From positions 42,635 through 106,634 of the forward strand of contig CALXQW010000038.1 of assembly GCA_944390805.1 (NCBI GenBank): a stretch of 64,000 bases of DNA, in the 5' to 3' direction. The stretch comes from an uncultured Opitutales bacterium (lineage in GTDB: Bacteria > Verrucomicrobiota > Verrucomicrobiia > Opitutales > Intestinicryptomonadaceae). Both the position numbers and the translations under genes were made by a program. Shown one piece after another: positions 56,580-64,000 of the stretch (position 1 is its first letter; each line of letters starts with the position of its first letter). The notes below the pieces were generated by a model, which worked only from the letters and a program-made list of their open reading frames with translations, was not told the origin of the DNA and did not search any database.

Positions 56580-57623
56580 TTATTTTGTGTTTTGCAAATT
56601 CCCTAATTTTGCATCGCGCCGCTTCTTAAGAACTGACGTTGCCAGAGAGGCTAAAATTATCACAAGAGCGCTCAATCCAGCTATCGCTTCCGGAATTTCC
56701 ATGCTCGCACTTACAAACATTGCCGACGCCAACGCTCCTACTGCCCAGTGAGCTCCGCTTTCCAGATGTGCAAAGCTTTTCAGCGTGCGCCTTTCAACCA
56801 TATATACCGTAAAAGACCTTACAAACATTGCACCTATTGCAAGGCCAGTTGACATAATAACAACATCTTTAGTTATTGCAAAAGCTCCCAGCACGCCATC
56901 GAGCGAGAAAGACGTATCTATAAGTTCAAGATACGCAAAAGCTGCAAAACCCGCTCCGGCTTTTCCTCCGGAATTTTCTGCCGCTCCTACAAAGAAATTT
57001 ATAAGTGCATAACATACAACTCCAGCTATTCCGGAAAGGAAGACTTCCTCCCTCATATCAGCTTGTACAAACGCGGTTTCTGCGGCTACTGCAATGCAGG
57101 TTAATATCCCGGGCAGAAATCTTACTTTTCCAAGCACAGACAATTTTCTTTCGAGGGGCCTTATCCAAAAAGTCTGCGCGTCTTTTGACGGATTCAAAAA
57201 GTAGTGGAAGAACAGCATGAAGAGGAAAGCCCCGCCGAAGCTCACCAGAGGGGCATGTATCATATGGAGGCATTCCTCATATTTTGTAGTGTCGTTCAAG
57301 ACCCAGTCGAGCACTGTTGAAATAGGCGTATGGGCAAATATACAGACAAGAAGAATGGGAAAGAGAAATCTTGTTCCGAATACCGCTATGAGTATTCCCC
57401 ATGTCAGAAAGCGAACTCTCCACTTTTCTGACATCTTCTCCAAGCGCTTTGCATTGACTATTGCATTGTCGAAGGACAGGGCAACCTCAAGCGCACTCAG
57501 GAACAAAACTGCCTCCAAAGCCGCCGATATGCTTGACCCCGATCTATGCGCCCAGTAGCCCGCAAACGCAAAGCCCACAAACGTCACAAATGCCGAGAAT
57601 GAAAAATACCTAAATATATGCAT
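56580..57623 (-). CDS. DUF475/TerC-superfamily integral membrane protein
   Basis: 'ALEVALSFDNAIVNA' (SxDN motif) and a second 'ELIDTSFSLDGVLGAFA' repeat. Confidence 0.7.
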   Translation of the reverse strand: MHIFRYFSFSAFVTFVGFAFAGYWAHRSGSSISAALEAVLFLSALEVALSFDNAIVNAKRLEKMSEKWRVRFLTWGILIAVFGTRFLFPILLVCIFAHTPISTVLDWVLNDTTKYEECLHMIHAPLVSFGGAFLFMLFFHYFLNPSKDAQTFWIRPLERKLSVLGKVRFLPGILTCIAVAAETAFVQADMREEVFLSGIAGVVCYALINFFVGAAENSGGKAGAGFAAFAYLELIDTSFSLDGVLGAFAITKDVVIMSTGLAIGAMFVRSFTVYMVERRTLKSFAHLESGAHWAVGALASAMFVSASMEIPEAIAGLSALVIILASLATSVLKKRRDAKLGNLQNTK

Positions 57624-57781
57624 AAATAAGACTGTGATTGCATATTCTTTGCGGTTTCAGGCAAGCAAATTTTTTAGAGTCTATACTCTTTATTTTACTA
57701 AGTTTGCCAAATATAAGGCAATTTTCTTTTTCATTCCGAAAGGGCTTGAACAAAATAGAAGTTTCGGTGAAGATTTTTTCC

Positions 57782-58210
57782 ATGGGAAACTCTTGGTTGT
57801 TTTACGCGTTGCTTTCGGCTCTTATGGCAGCTCTAGTTGGAGTGTTCGGCAAGGTTGGCTTGCGCGATATGGACGCCAATGCCGCTACGGCGGTAAGGGC
57901 GGTTATAATGGCGGTATTTTTGCTTGGTGTTGCTCTTGCGCGCGGTGGAGGCGGGTCTTTCTCGTCGGTGTTATCTAACGGCAAGGGAATGTTTTTTGTT
58001 CTCTTAAGCGGTATTGCCGGAGCTTTATCTTGGCTATTTTATTTTCTTGCTCTTAAAGACGGAAAGGTCTCTCAAGTTATGCCAATAGACAAGCTCAGCG
58101 TTGTTTTTGCAAGTGTTATTGCGGTTGTATTTCTTGGAGAGAGCATGTCTTTTACATCGGCAGTAGGCATTGTTTTGATTGCTTCCGGCGCCATTCTTGT
58201 GGCTCTGTAG
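57782..58210 (+). CDS. Small EamA-domain transporter (single-domain DMT, ~142 aa)
   Basis: I prefer the start at MGNSWLFYALLSAL (coordinate 57782). Four to five TM segments with an EamA-like pattern. The upstream part of the track ORF has no coding character. Confidence 0.7.
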   Translation: MGNSWLFYALLSALMAALVGVFGKVGLRDMDANAATAVRAVIMAVFLLGVALARGGGGSFSSVLSNGKGMFFVLLSGIAGALSWLFYFLALKDGKVSQVMPIDKLSVVFASVIAVVFLGESMSFTSAVGIVLIASGAILVAL

Positions 58211-58340
58211 TTGCGCTTTATCTGCAAAAGAAAGCTTTATTGTAAATGCCTAAATATTATATCTAAAATATAAGGTTTATTCAGCCTTTAAGCTATAATT
58301 AAATTATAGAGGGCTAATTATTATTTGTTCTATAAAACAA

Positions 58341-58371
58341 TTAATGCGCATATCTCTTATATGCGCATTAA
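58341..58371. terminator. Hairpin downstream of the pduO-type gene and the EamA gene
   Basis: Perfect 13-bp stem ttaatgcgcatat / atatgcgcattaa with a 5-nt loop. On the minus strand it is followed by TTGTTTTAT. Confidence 0.6.
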
Positions 58372-58405
58372 TATTTCTGCTTTAATAAAATATAAGTTAT
58401 ATAGC

Positions 58406-58927
58406 CTATCCCAATTTTGCGCTTATCAGCCAGATGAGGTCCGATAGCCTATTTAGGTATATTAGGGGCAGGTCCCTCGAGAGCATATTTTTCTCTTTAA
58501 GTATAACAACCCGTCTTTCCGCCCGCCTTGTTTGCGCCCTTGCTAAAGACAATGTTGCCGCGCACGGATTTGAGCACGGCTGTATCCAGCCGTTGAAGCA
58601 GACCCCGGACTTCTCGTAAGCATCTATTTTACCTTCTATAAAACTTAAGTCCGTCTCTTCAAGCAAAGGGATGGATTTTTCCACAAGCTTTGAGAAATCC
58701 TCATTTGAGGTGGCAAGCTCTGTCATCAGCTTTACGAGAGCCAGTTGTATGGTTTCGAGCAATTTATTTAAGTCTGCATCTTGGCAGAACGCCCTGGCAA
58801 GGCCTATCGTCGATGAGAACTCGTCCACCGTGCCATACGCCTCCGTTCTTTCCGACGCCTTTGATACGCGTCTTCCAAACATCAAACTTGTCTTGCCCAA
58901 ATCTCCAGTCTTTGTGCTGATTTTCAT
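58406..58927 (-). CDS. ATP:cob(I)alamin adenosyltransferase, PduO type
   Basis: 'TKTGDLGKTSL..G.RVSK...R.EAYGTVDE' is the PduO/MMAB N-terminal signature. 2-nt gap after argS. Confidence 0.85.
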   Translation of the reverse strand: MKISTKTGDLGKTSLMFGRRVSKASERTEAYGTVDEFSSTIGLARAFCQDADLNKLLETIQLALVKLMTELATSNEDFSKLVEKSIPLLEETDLSFIEGKIDAYEKSGVCFNGWIQPCSNPCAATLSLARAQTRRAERRVVILKEKNMLSRDLPLIYLNRLSDLIWLISAKLG

Positions 58928-58929
58928 AA

Positions 58930-60696
58930 TTACATCTTTTTTAGCGGTTCTATTGCAAGCAGCCTAAGCCCAGTTTCTAGAACTCCGAGCGTGCGCGCGC
59001 ACAGCATCAATCTGCGCGCCTTTACAGACGCATCTTCCACTATAACCTTGTTCGCGTTGTAGAAGCTTGAAAACAGTCCGGCAAGCTCGTATAAATACGT
59101 GCAAAGATAATGCGGGCGCAACTCGGCAAGCGTCATCTCAAATACCGACGGCAACGCCAGCAGCTTTCTTGCCAGAGCGAGTTCCTGCTCAGTCTCCGGC
59201 GCAGAGGCCTCTTTTGAAAAGTCAGTATCAAGTGGAACAGACGCTTTTCTGAAGATGGAATGTATCCTTGCTGCGGCATATAAAAGATAAGGAGCGGTGT
59301 TGCCGTCGAACGCAAGGAGCTTGTCCCATGAGAACAGGTAATCTCCGGTTCTATTTTGCGATAAATCTGCATATTTTAACGCCGCTATGCCTACGGTTTC
59401 TGCTATTGCCTGCGCTTCGCTTTCAGGGGTGTCGGGCGATTTTTCCAACACTATCTTCTTTGCCCTCGAGACCGCCTCGTTTATCAGCTCCCTGAGGCGT
59501 ATAGGCTCTCCACTTTTTGTCTTTATGGCTTTCCCGTCAGGCCCAAGTATGGTTCCAAACCATACATGCTTTAAATCAGGCACGGCGTAGCCCTTTAGGC
59601 CAAACCATTTCCTGACAGTCATAAATAACTGCTTGAAATGGTCTTGCTGGCGTCCGTCGGTAACGTAGATTATCTCCTTTGCACCGAAATGTTCCGTGCG
59701 GTACAGCACAGTTGCCAAATCCGTAGACGCGTAATTAGACGCTCCGTCCTTCTTCCTTATGATAAACGGCTGATTCTTAAATCTTTCATCGTCGCGGAAG
59801 AATACAACAAGGGCGCCTTGGTCTTCCTCTGCCATTTTACATTCGGAAAGCTCGTCGTAAATTCTGCCTACTTTATCGCGGTAAAAAGACTCTCCAAGAG
59901 TAACATCGCACGTAAGCGACATAATCTTGTATATCTTGTCGAACTCAACCTTGCTAATTTCCGTAATCTTGCGCCATAGAGCTGTATTTTCCGGGTCTCC
60001 ATTCTGGAGCTTTACAAGCTCTTCCCTTGCCTTGTCGGCCGCCTCCGAAGAATTTTTAACCTCCGCGCTGCCGGCCTTGTACATCTTCTCCAAATCCTCA
60101 AGAGGGTTTTCGTGCTCGGCGTCGAGATCGTAGTTCTGGGTTTTTATTCCGTATATCAATATGCCGAAATTCGTTCCCCAGTCTCCAATGTGGTTGTCGC
60201 AAATTACGTCTCCTCCGCAGAAGCGCACAAGCCTGTTTATTGCCTCGCCTATGACCATGGGGCGCAGATGCCCAACATGCATCTGCTTTGCGGTGTTGGG
60301 GGAGGGATAGTCTATAACTATCTTCTTTCCGTCGTAGAATTTTGACGCGGCATTTCTCAGTTCATTCGCCCCGCTAAATTTCAGCAGCCACGCGTGTAGA
60401 AATTTTGGGGTCAGCGTGAAGTTTATGAATCCGGGACCGGCTATCGATATATTTACAAGGCTCTCGTCGAAACCGTCCGACGCTTTTAGCGCCTCCACAA
60501 GCTTTTCTCCGAGCGCACGCGGGTTTGCCTTTTTGCCTTTTGCAAGCGCGAGAACTCCATTTGCCTGAAAGTCTCCAAAACGCGGATCTGCCGGGCGCAG
60601 TTTTGCGTCGAACTCGCCTTCAAATTCGGGCAGCGTAGCCGCCGCTTTTTTCAGAAGGCCTTCCAATTCTTTTGCGGGATGAAACCAAATATCCAT
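58930..60696 (-). CDS. argS: Arginine--tRNA ligase
   Basis: 'PSPNTAKQMHVGHLR' (HIGH region), 'FGDFQANG' N-domain and DALR anticodon-binding C-terminus ending '..PLKKM'. I prefer the start at M142 of the track ORF (MDIWFHP, coordinate 60696). The upstream 141 codons overlap ribE antisense. Confidence 0.95.
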   Translation of the reverse strand: MDIWFHPAKELEGLLKKAAATLPEFEGEFDAKLRPADPRFGDFQANGVLALAKGKKANPRALGEKLVEALKASDGFDESLVNISIAGPGFINFTLTPKFLHAWLLKFSGANELRNAASKFYDGKKIVIDYPSPNTAKQMHVGHLRPMVIGEAINRLVRFCGGDVICDNHIGDWGTNFGILIYGIKTQNYDLDAEHENPLEDLEKMYKAGSAEVKNSSEAADKAREELVKLQNGDPENTALWRKITEISKVEFDKIYKIMSLTCDVTLGESFYRDKVGRIYDELSECKMAEEDQGALVVFFRDDERFKNQPFIIRKKDGASNYASTDLATVLYRTEHFGAKEIIYVTDGRQQDHFKQLFMTVRKWFGLKGYAVPDLKHVWFGTILGPDGKAIKTKSGEPIRLRELINEAVSRAKKIVLEKSPDTPESEAQAIAETVGIAALKYADLSQNRTGDYLFSWDKLLAFDGNTAPYLLYAAARIHSIFRKASVPLDTDFSKEASAPETEQELALARKLLALPSVFEMTLAELRPHYLCTYLYELAGLFSSFYNANKVIVEDASVKARRLMLCARTLGVLETGLRLLAIEPLKKM

Positions 60697-60856
60697 ATTA
60701 GAAATTTTTGATTTGAAAGATACCGCATGCTTATTTCTTTGCAAGACGCTTTTTAATTTTGCCTCATCTTGCGGCGTTAGAGCAATACTGCTTGACGAAA
60801 TTTGAATGCGACCGTAATTTCTGTACGCTCTTTTTTTTAACATCTGCAAGGAAAAT

Positions 60857-61495
60857 ATGTTTACCGGAATAGTAGAATCTACCGGCAGGGTGCTTAACTT
60901 TGCCGAAAGGGAAAATTCATGGCTGCTTGAAGTTGCGGCGCCAAATTCCATAGCTGCGGAACTGCAAGAGGGAGACTCTCTTGCCAATAACGGTTGCTGC
61001 CTTACGCTCGTCGGCGCGGAAAGGCTTTCAGACGGGGAAACAAAGCTTTCTTTTGAACTTTTAGATGAGACTGTCCGTCTTACAAGTTTCGACGGCTTGA
61101 AAATAGGTTCGCTTGTCAATCTCGAGCGTCCTCTTGCAGCGGGCGGAAGGCTGGGGGGGCATTTTGTCTCGGGACATGTGGATTTTAAGTCGTCTGTTCT
61201 TGCCTTTGAGAGGCGGGGAAAGAATTATTATCTGAAGGTCTCAGTGCCGGAAGAGTTTATAAAATATGTTGTTTACAAGGGTTCTATAGCCATAGACGGA
61301 ATTTCCCTTACAATAGCAGAGGCTCACAACGACGGCCTTGCTGTATGGCTAATTCCGCATACTCTTAAGGTTACAAACCTGTCTGAATGCTATGTAGGGA
61401 AATTTGTAAATCTGGAGTTTGACCTGCTTGCAAAATATGTGGAGAAAATCGCCCTAGGAAAGAGGGACGACAGCCCATATCAGCCGCGCGATTAA
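60857..61495 (+). CDS. ribE: Riboflavin synthase (alpha chain)
   Basis: 'MFTGIVESTGRV' and the duplicated 'GDS.A.NG.CLT' / 'GS.A.DG.SLT' lumazine-binding repeats. Confidence 0.9.
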   Translation: MFTGIVESTGRVLNFAERENSWLLEVAAPNSIAAELQEGDSLANNGCCLTLVGAERLSDGETKLSFELLDETVRLTSFDGLKIGSLVNLERPLAAGGRLGGHFVSGHVDFKSSVLAFERRGKNYYLKVSVPEEFIKYVVYKGSIAIDGISLTIAEAHNDGLAVWLIPHTLKVTNLSECYVGKFVNLEFDLLAKYVEKIALGKRDDSPYQPRD

Positions 61496-61499
61496 TTAA

Positions 61500-62597
61500 A
61501 TGTCTAAAGCTCGCAAAGTTCGCGGACTCATAAAGAGATCGGGAAGACGCGGTATTTTTGCCCTCTTCTGGACGTTGTTCTTACTGGCCTTGTTCTGGTA
61601 CGATTCTCGCTATGGGCTTATTGACGGCGTTTCGCTATTTGAAAGTCCGCCGCGCATTCACACGCGAGGTTTGTCTGGCGGCTCTGCCGATAGTGCCGGG
61701 CGTATTGACGGTACAAGGCGGCCGGCTTCCGGTAAACCGTCGGCAGTTCCTGTAAAATCTGCGGGGACAGTTAGAATATGCACTTTCAATGTAAAAAACT
61801 ATACGGCAACAGACCGCTATGTTGACGGTGTATGGCGTTCAAGGTATCCAAAACCTGCTTCTGAAAAGCGCGCAATAAGAAATATACTTTTGGATATAGA
61901 CGCAGATATTCTTCTCTTGCAGGAGATAGGCTCTGAAATTTATATGGATGAACTCTTAGACTCTCTTGCTGCAGAGGGATTGGAGTATCTATATTACGTA
62001 GTTGCTTCTGGCACAGACCCTGATAGGCGCCTGGCGATAGCCTCAAAGATGGAGATTTCTCAGATATATTCTTCCGGAGACATTGTATTTGCCGTTGGCG
62101 CGGAGCTTAAAAGCTCGCCGAGGGGCGTACTGCTTGCGCGTTTTGAATATCCTAACTTGCCGGGCAAATTCTGGTTTGCAGGAACCTTGCATCTAAAAAG
62201 CAAATTTGGTGCAAAGAAGGCGGACGGTCTCTTCAACGCATTCAGAAGCGCAGAGCTGTCAACTCTACTTGGATTTGCTCGCCGAAAAGCCGGGGCAAAT
62301 CCGGCGCTGCTTGCGGGCGATTTCAACGACGAGCCTTTTGAAGAGCACATTTTTAACGTATTAAAACGGGAGAATTTCTCCTATATCGTGCAGAGTGATT
62401 ATCGCGGAAGGGCGTATTCTTATCATTGGAAGCGTCGTTCTGTAAATTATATATACGACTTCTTCATTGCAAATCCGCAGGCAAAACTATTGATGTCTAC
62501 TCCGAGGGTTTACGGCGTAGATGCATCCGCAAGCGACCACAGCGCAGTTTATGTAGATTTGAAATTTCCAGGCGCAGATATTGCTGCATCTAATTGA
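61500..62597 (+). CDS. Membrane-anchored endonuclease/exonuclease/phosphatase (EEP) family protein
   Basis: N-terminal TM segment. 'VRICTFNVKN', 'ADILLLQEI', 'LLAGDFND' and 'SDHSAVYVDL' match EEP catalytic motifs. Confidence 0.75.
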   Translation: MSKARKVRGLIKRSGRRGIFALFWTLFLLALFWYDSRYGLIDGVSLFESPPRIHTRGLSGGSADSAGRIDGTRRPASGKPSAVPVKSAGTVRICTFNVKNYTATDRYVDGVWRSRYPKPASEKRAIRNILLDIDADILLLQEIGSEIYMDELLDSLAAEGLEYLYYVVASGTDPDRRLAIASKMEISQIYSSGDIVFAVGAELKSSPRGVLLARFEYPNLPGKFWFAGTLHLKSKFGAKKADGLFNAFRSAELSTLLGFARRKAGANPALLAGDFNDEPFEEHIFNVLKRENFSYIVQSDYRGRAYSYHWKRRSVNYIYDFFIANPQAKLLMSTPRVYGVDASASDHSAVYVDLKFPGADIAASN

Positions 62598-62724
62598 TTT
62601 CTACCCATGTTTCATGCGCCGCATATATTTTTTTATTTTCCGCTCTGCAATTTAAAGCAGAATATATGCGGTCTTGCAGATATCATTAAACAGCCAGAAT
62701 TTTAAAATATATATTAAGAAATTG

Positions 62725-63561
62725 CTATTTTCCTTCTTCTGCCGAAAAGAATTTTCTTTGTTTAGCCGCAACAATGCTCACAAGAGCAATCCATATAACG
62801 CATGCCGCCGCCACAGAGGCTGAAGCATAGCACGAAAGATATATCTTCATCTTAACAACATCTCCGGGCATATTCGCAGTCATATAGCTGTTCAAGAACA
62901 CAACAACACCCGCAAATAATGTCAGAAACCACCAGATTGTAAGAAGGGCGTAGCCCATCGGATTTAGACTTCTTCCGTTTTCGGATACAGACGCGCTGTA
63001 TATGTCTTTCATGGCCTTGAAAGGCGCAATAAGATTAACAAAAGGTATAAAGAAACTCCATGCCGCAAATGATGCCGATAAGTTAAGAGACCTTCTCATG
63101 AGCCTTGCGTTTATCGCCACAGCGTAAATCCATTTAAACCCCGTTATAAGAACCGCCAGAAACAATATAACTAGCAATGCGGAAATTAGAGTATCTGTAT
63201 TGTGCAATACCGCCGCAGATATATTCTTTTGTATCGCCGATGAAAATCCTGACCCTATAATCTTTTCTATATGCCACAGCAGAATAAAATTAAACCCTAT
63301 AACGCACAGATTTGCCATGGCAAATACAAGCAGCATTGGCCTGAAAAACGTAGTTGTCATGTCCATTCTTCTGCACGATTCCGAAAACTTTCTAGACGAT
63401 ATCCTAAAGCGCAAGGGAGATTCTTTCAAGGGCATCCATATTTTCTGGCCCTTTGTCCATACGCGAGTTGCATCGTCTATTAAGCCGGCCTTGTAGTACC
63501 TATGCACGTCGAAATCCGAAATAGGACCAACCTTCTTTCCTTCTTTTACGTAGTACCACAT
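62725..63561 (-). CDS. GYF_2 (DUF4339) domain fused to a DUF4328-like multi-pass membrane domain
   Basis: 'MWYYVKEGKKVGPISDFDVHRYYKAGLIDDATRVWTKGQKIWMPL' is the bacterial GYF_2 pattern. It is followed by about 5 TM segments. Confidence 0.65.
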   Translation of the reverse strand: MWYYVKEGKKVGPISDFDVHRYYKAGLIDDATRVWTKGQKIWMPLKESPLRFRISSRKFSESCRRMDMTTTFFRPMLLVFAMANLCVIGFNFILLWHIEKIIGSGFSSAIQKNISAAVLHNTDTLISALLVILFLAVLITGFKWIYAVAINARLMRRSLNLSASFAAWSFFIPFVNLIAPFKAMKDIYSASVSENGRSLNPMGYALLTIWWFLTLFAGVVVFLNSYMTANMPGDVVKMKIYLSCYASASVAAACVIWIALVSIVAAKQRKFFSAEEGK

Positions 63562-63610
63562 ACCCCTTTGCTATATAATAATAAATCGCGCAACAAGAGA
63601 GGCTGCGCGC

Positions 63611-64000
63611 TTATTTTCCTATGCAAAAGTTGGAGAAAATTTTGTCAAGAATGTTTTCGCAGTCTATTTTTCCAACTATCGCTCCAAGGGAATATAGAGC
63701 CTCTTTCAGGTCTGAGGAAACAAACTCTATAGGCCTGTTATCCTTGAGGGCAGCCGAGGCCGATTCTATAAGCGAGGCTGCTTCCTCCAATATGCGCGCA
63801 TGGCGCGCGCTTACAAGAATATCGTCGGCTGCGGCTCTTAGATGATGCTCGTTTATAAGGCTTATGGCTTCATCTTTTAGAGCGTCAATGCCCTCCATAT
63901 TCAGGCATGATACCTTTACTCTTCTACATTCGGGCATAAAGTTGCAGATGCTTGTATCTTGCGGAAGGTCTGCCTTGTTAAGAACAAGTATGGTATTTTT
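63611..64000 (-). CDS. mnmE: tRNA modification GTPase MnmE (3' partial in window; continues beyond 64000)
   Basis: C-terminus '..FSNFCIGK' is the MnmE CIGK motif. I translated 63938..64000 in frame and found no stop; it reads KNTILVLNKADL (the G4 NKxD motif). Confidence 0.9.
   Translation of the reverse strand, partial: KNTILVLNKADLPQDTSICNFMPECRRVKVSCLNMEGIDALKDEAISLINEHHLRAAADDILVSARHARILEEAASLIESASAALKDNRPIEFVSSDLKEALYSLGAIVGKIDCENILDKIFSNFCIGK

Noticed and set aside
58293-58309. Perfect palindrome CTATAATT-A-AATTATAG in the spacer between the EamA and pduO-type genes.
   Set aside because: It is a short AT-only palindrome in very AT-rich DNA and is easily produced by chance. No adjacent regulator or promoter context supports a function.
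60697-60856. Possible FMN riboswitch upstream of ribE.
   Set aside because: I looked for the conserved RFN core (GGGGCAGGGTGAAATTCCC-like and CCGACGGT-like segments) and did not find it. The spacer is AT-rich and only 160 nt long. It is probably just a divergent promoter region.
60697-61119. In-frame 141-codon N-terminal extension of the argS ORF.
   Set aside because: The extension is Ser-rich with no ArgRS similarity. It overlaps ribE (60857-61495) on the opposite strand. A canonical ArgRS N-terminus begins at M142 (MDIWFHP..FGDFQANG).
1-64000. Scan for CRISPR arrays, IS elements, transposases, integrases, prophage genes, toxin-antitoxin pairs or known defence genes.
   Set aside because: I found no regularly spaced direct repeats and no recognisable mobile-element or defence protein motifs in any ORF. 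By eye, the window reads as core chromosome.

Overview
This 64-kb window looks like core chromosome from a diderm (Gram-negative-type) bacterium. It is probably an anaerobic glycan degrader. Supporting clues are a reverse rubrerythrin, a PEP-CTERM protein, an RRM RNA-binding protein and scattered CE15/GH43/GH78-like genes. The phylum cannot be determined by eye; a PVC/Lentisphaerota-like origin is only a guess. I support about 56 CDS, 2 tRNAs (Ala-GGC, Ser-GCT) and about 14 rho-independent terminator hairpins. I saw no rRNA, CRISPR array, transposase, integrase or phage genes. Recognisable blocks: (i) a six-gene operon of exported proteins and lipoproteins (LpoB-like, YcfL-like, COG3014-like, two CsgG/FlgO-like, one carrying a PEGA-like domain), 2460-7257. 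(ii) Rrf2 regulator plus reverse rubrerythrin. (iii) A split MacAB-type efflux system with an outer-membrane factor. (iv) A YidE/YbjL-type transporter. (v) A putative Ni transporter plus larB-larE-larC, with no larA in the window. (vi) purT. (vii) A long co-directional block: rpmI-rplT, then pheS-pheT-tatC, an Opp-like binding protein, a fused OppBC permease, a secreted hypothetical, dCMP deaminase, yqgE and tRNA-Ala. (viii) prs, an orphan PglC-like sugar transferase and a PEP-CTERM pentapeptide-repeat protein. (ix) fnlA-fnlB-fnlC (UDP-L-FucNAc pathway) divergent from an O-antigen-ligase-family gene. (x) argS, ribE and the 3' end of mnmE. Nothing resembles a known defence island or mobile element. 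The best candidate for an uncharacterised system is the all-exported operon at 2460-7257. Secondary oddities are an ATPase-less Opp-like importer with a fused permease inside the pheST-tatC block, a TatC with a ~170-aa charged/aromatic C-terminal tail, an RRM protein with an R-[KR]-F repeat tail, and a 536-nt non-coding gap next to tRNA-Ala that holds an ATG-less hydrophobic open frame. All family calls rest on motif recognition by eye and need HMM or BLAST confirmation.
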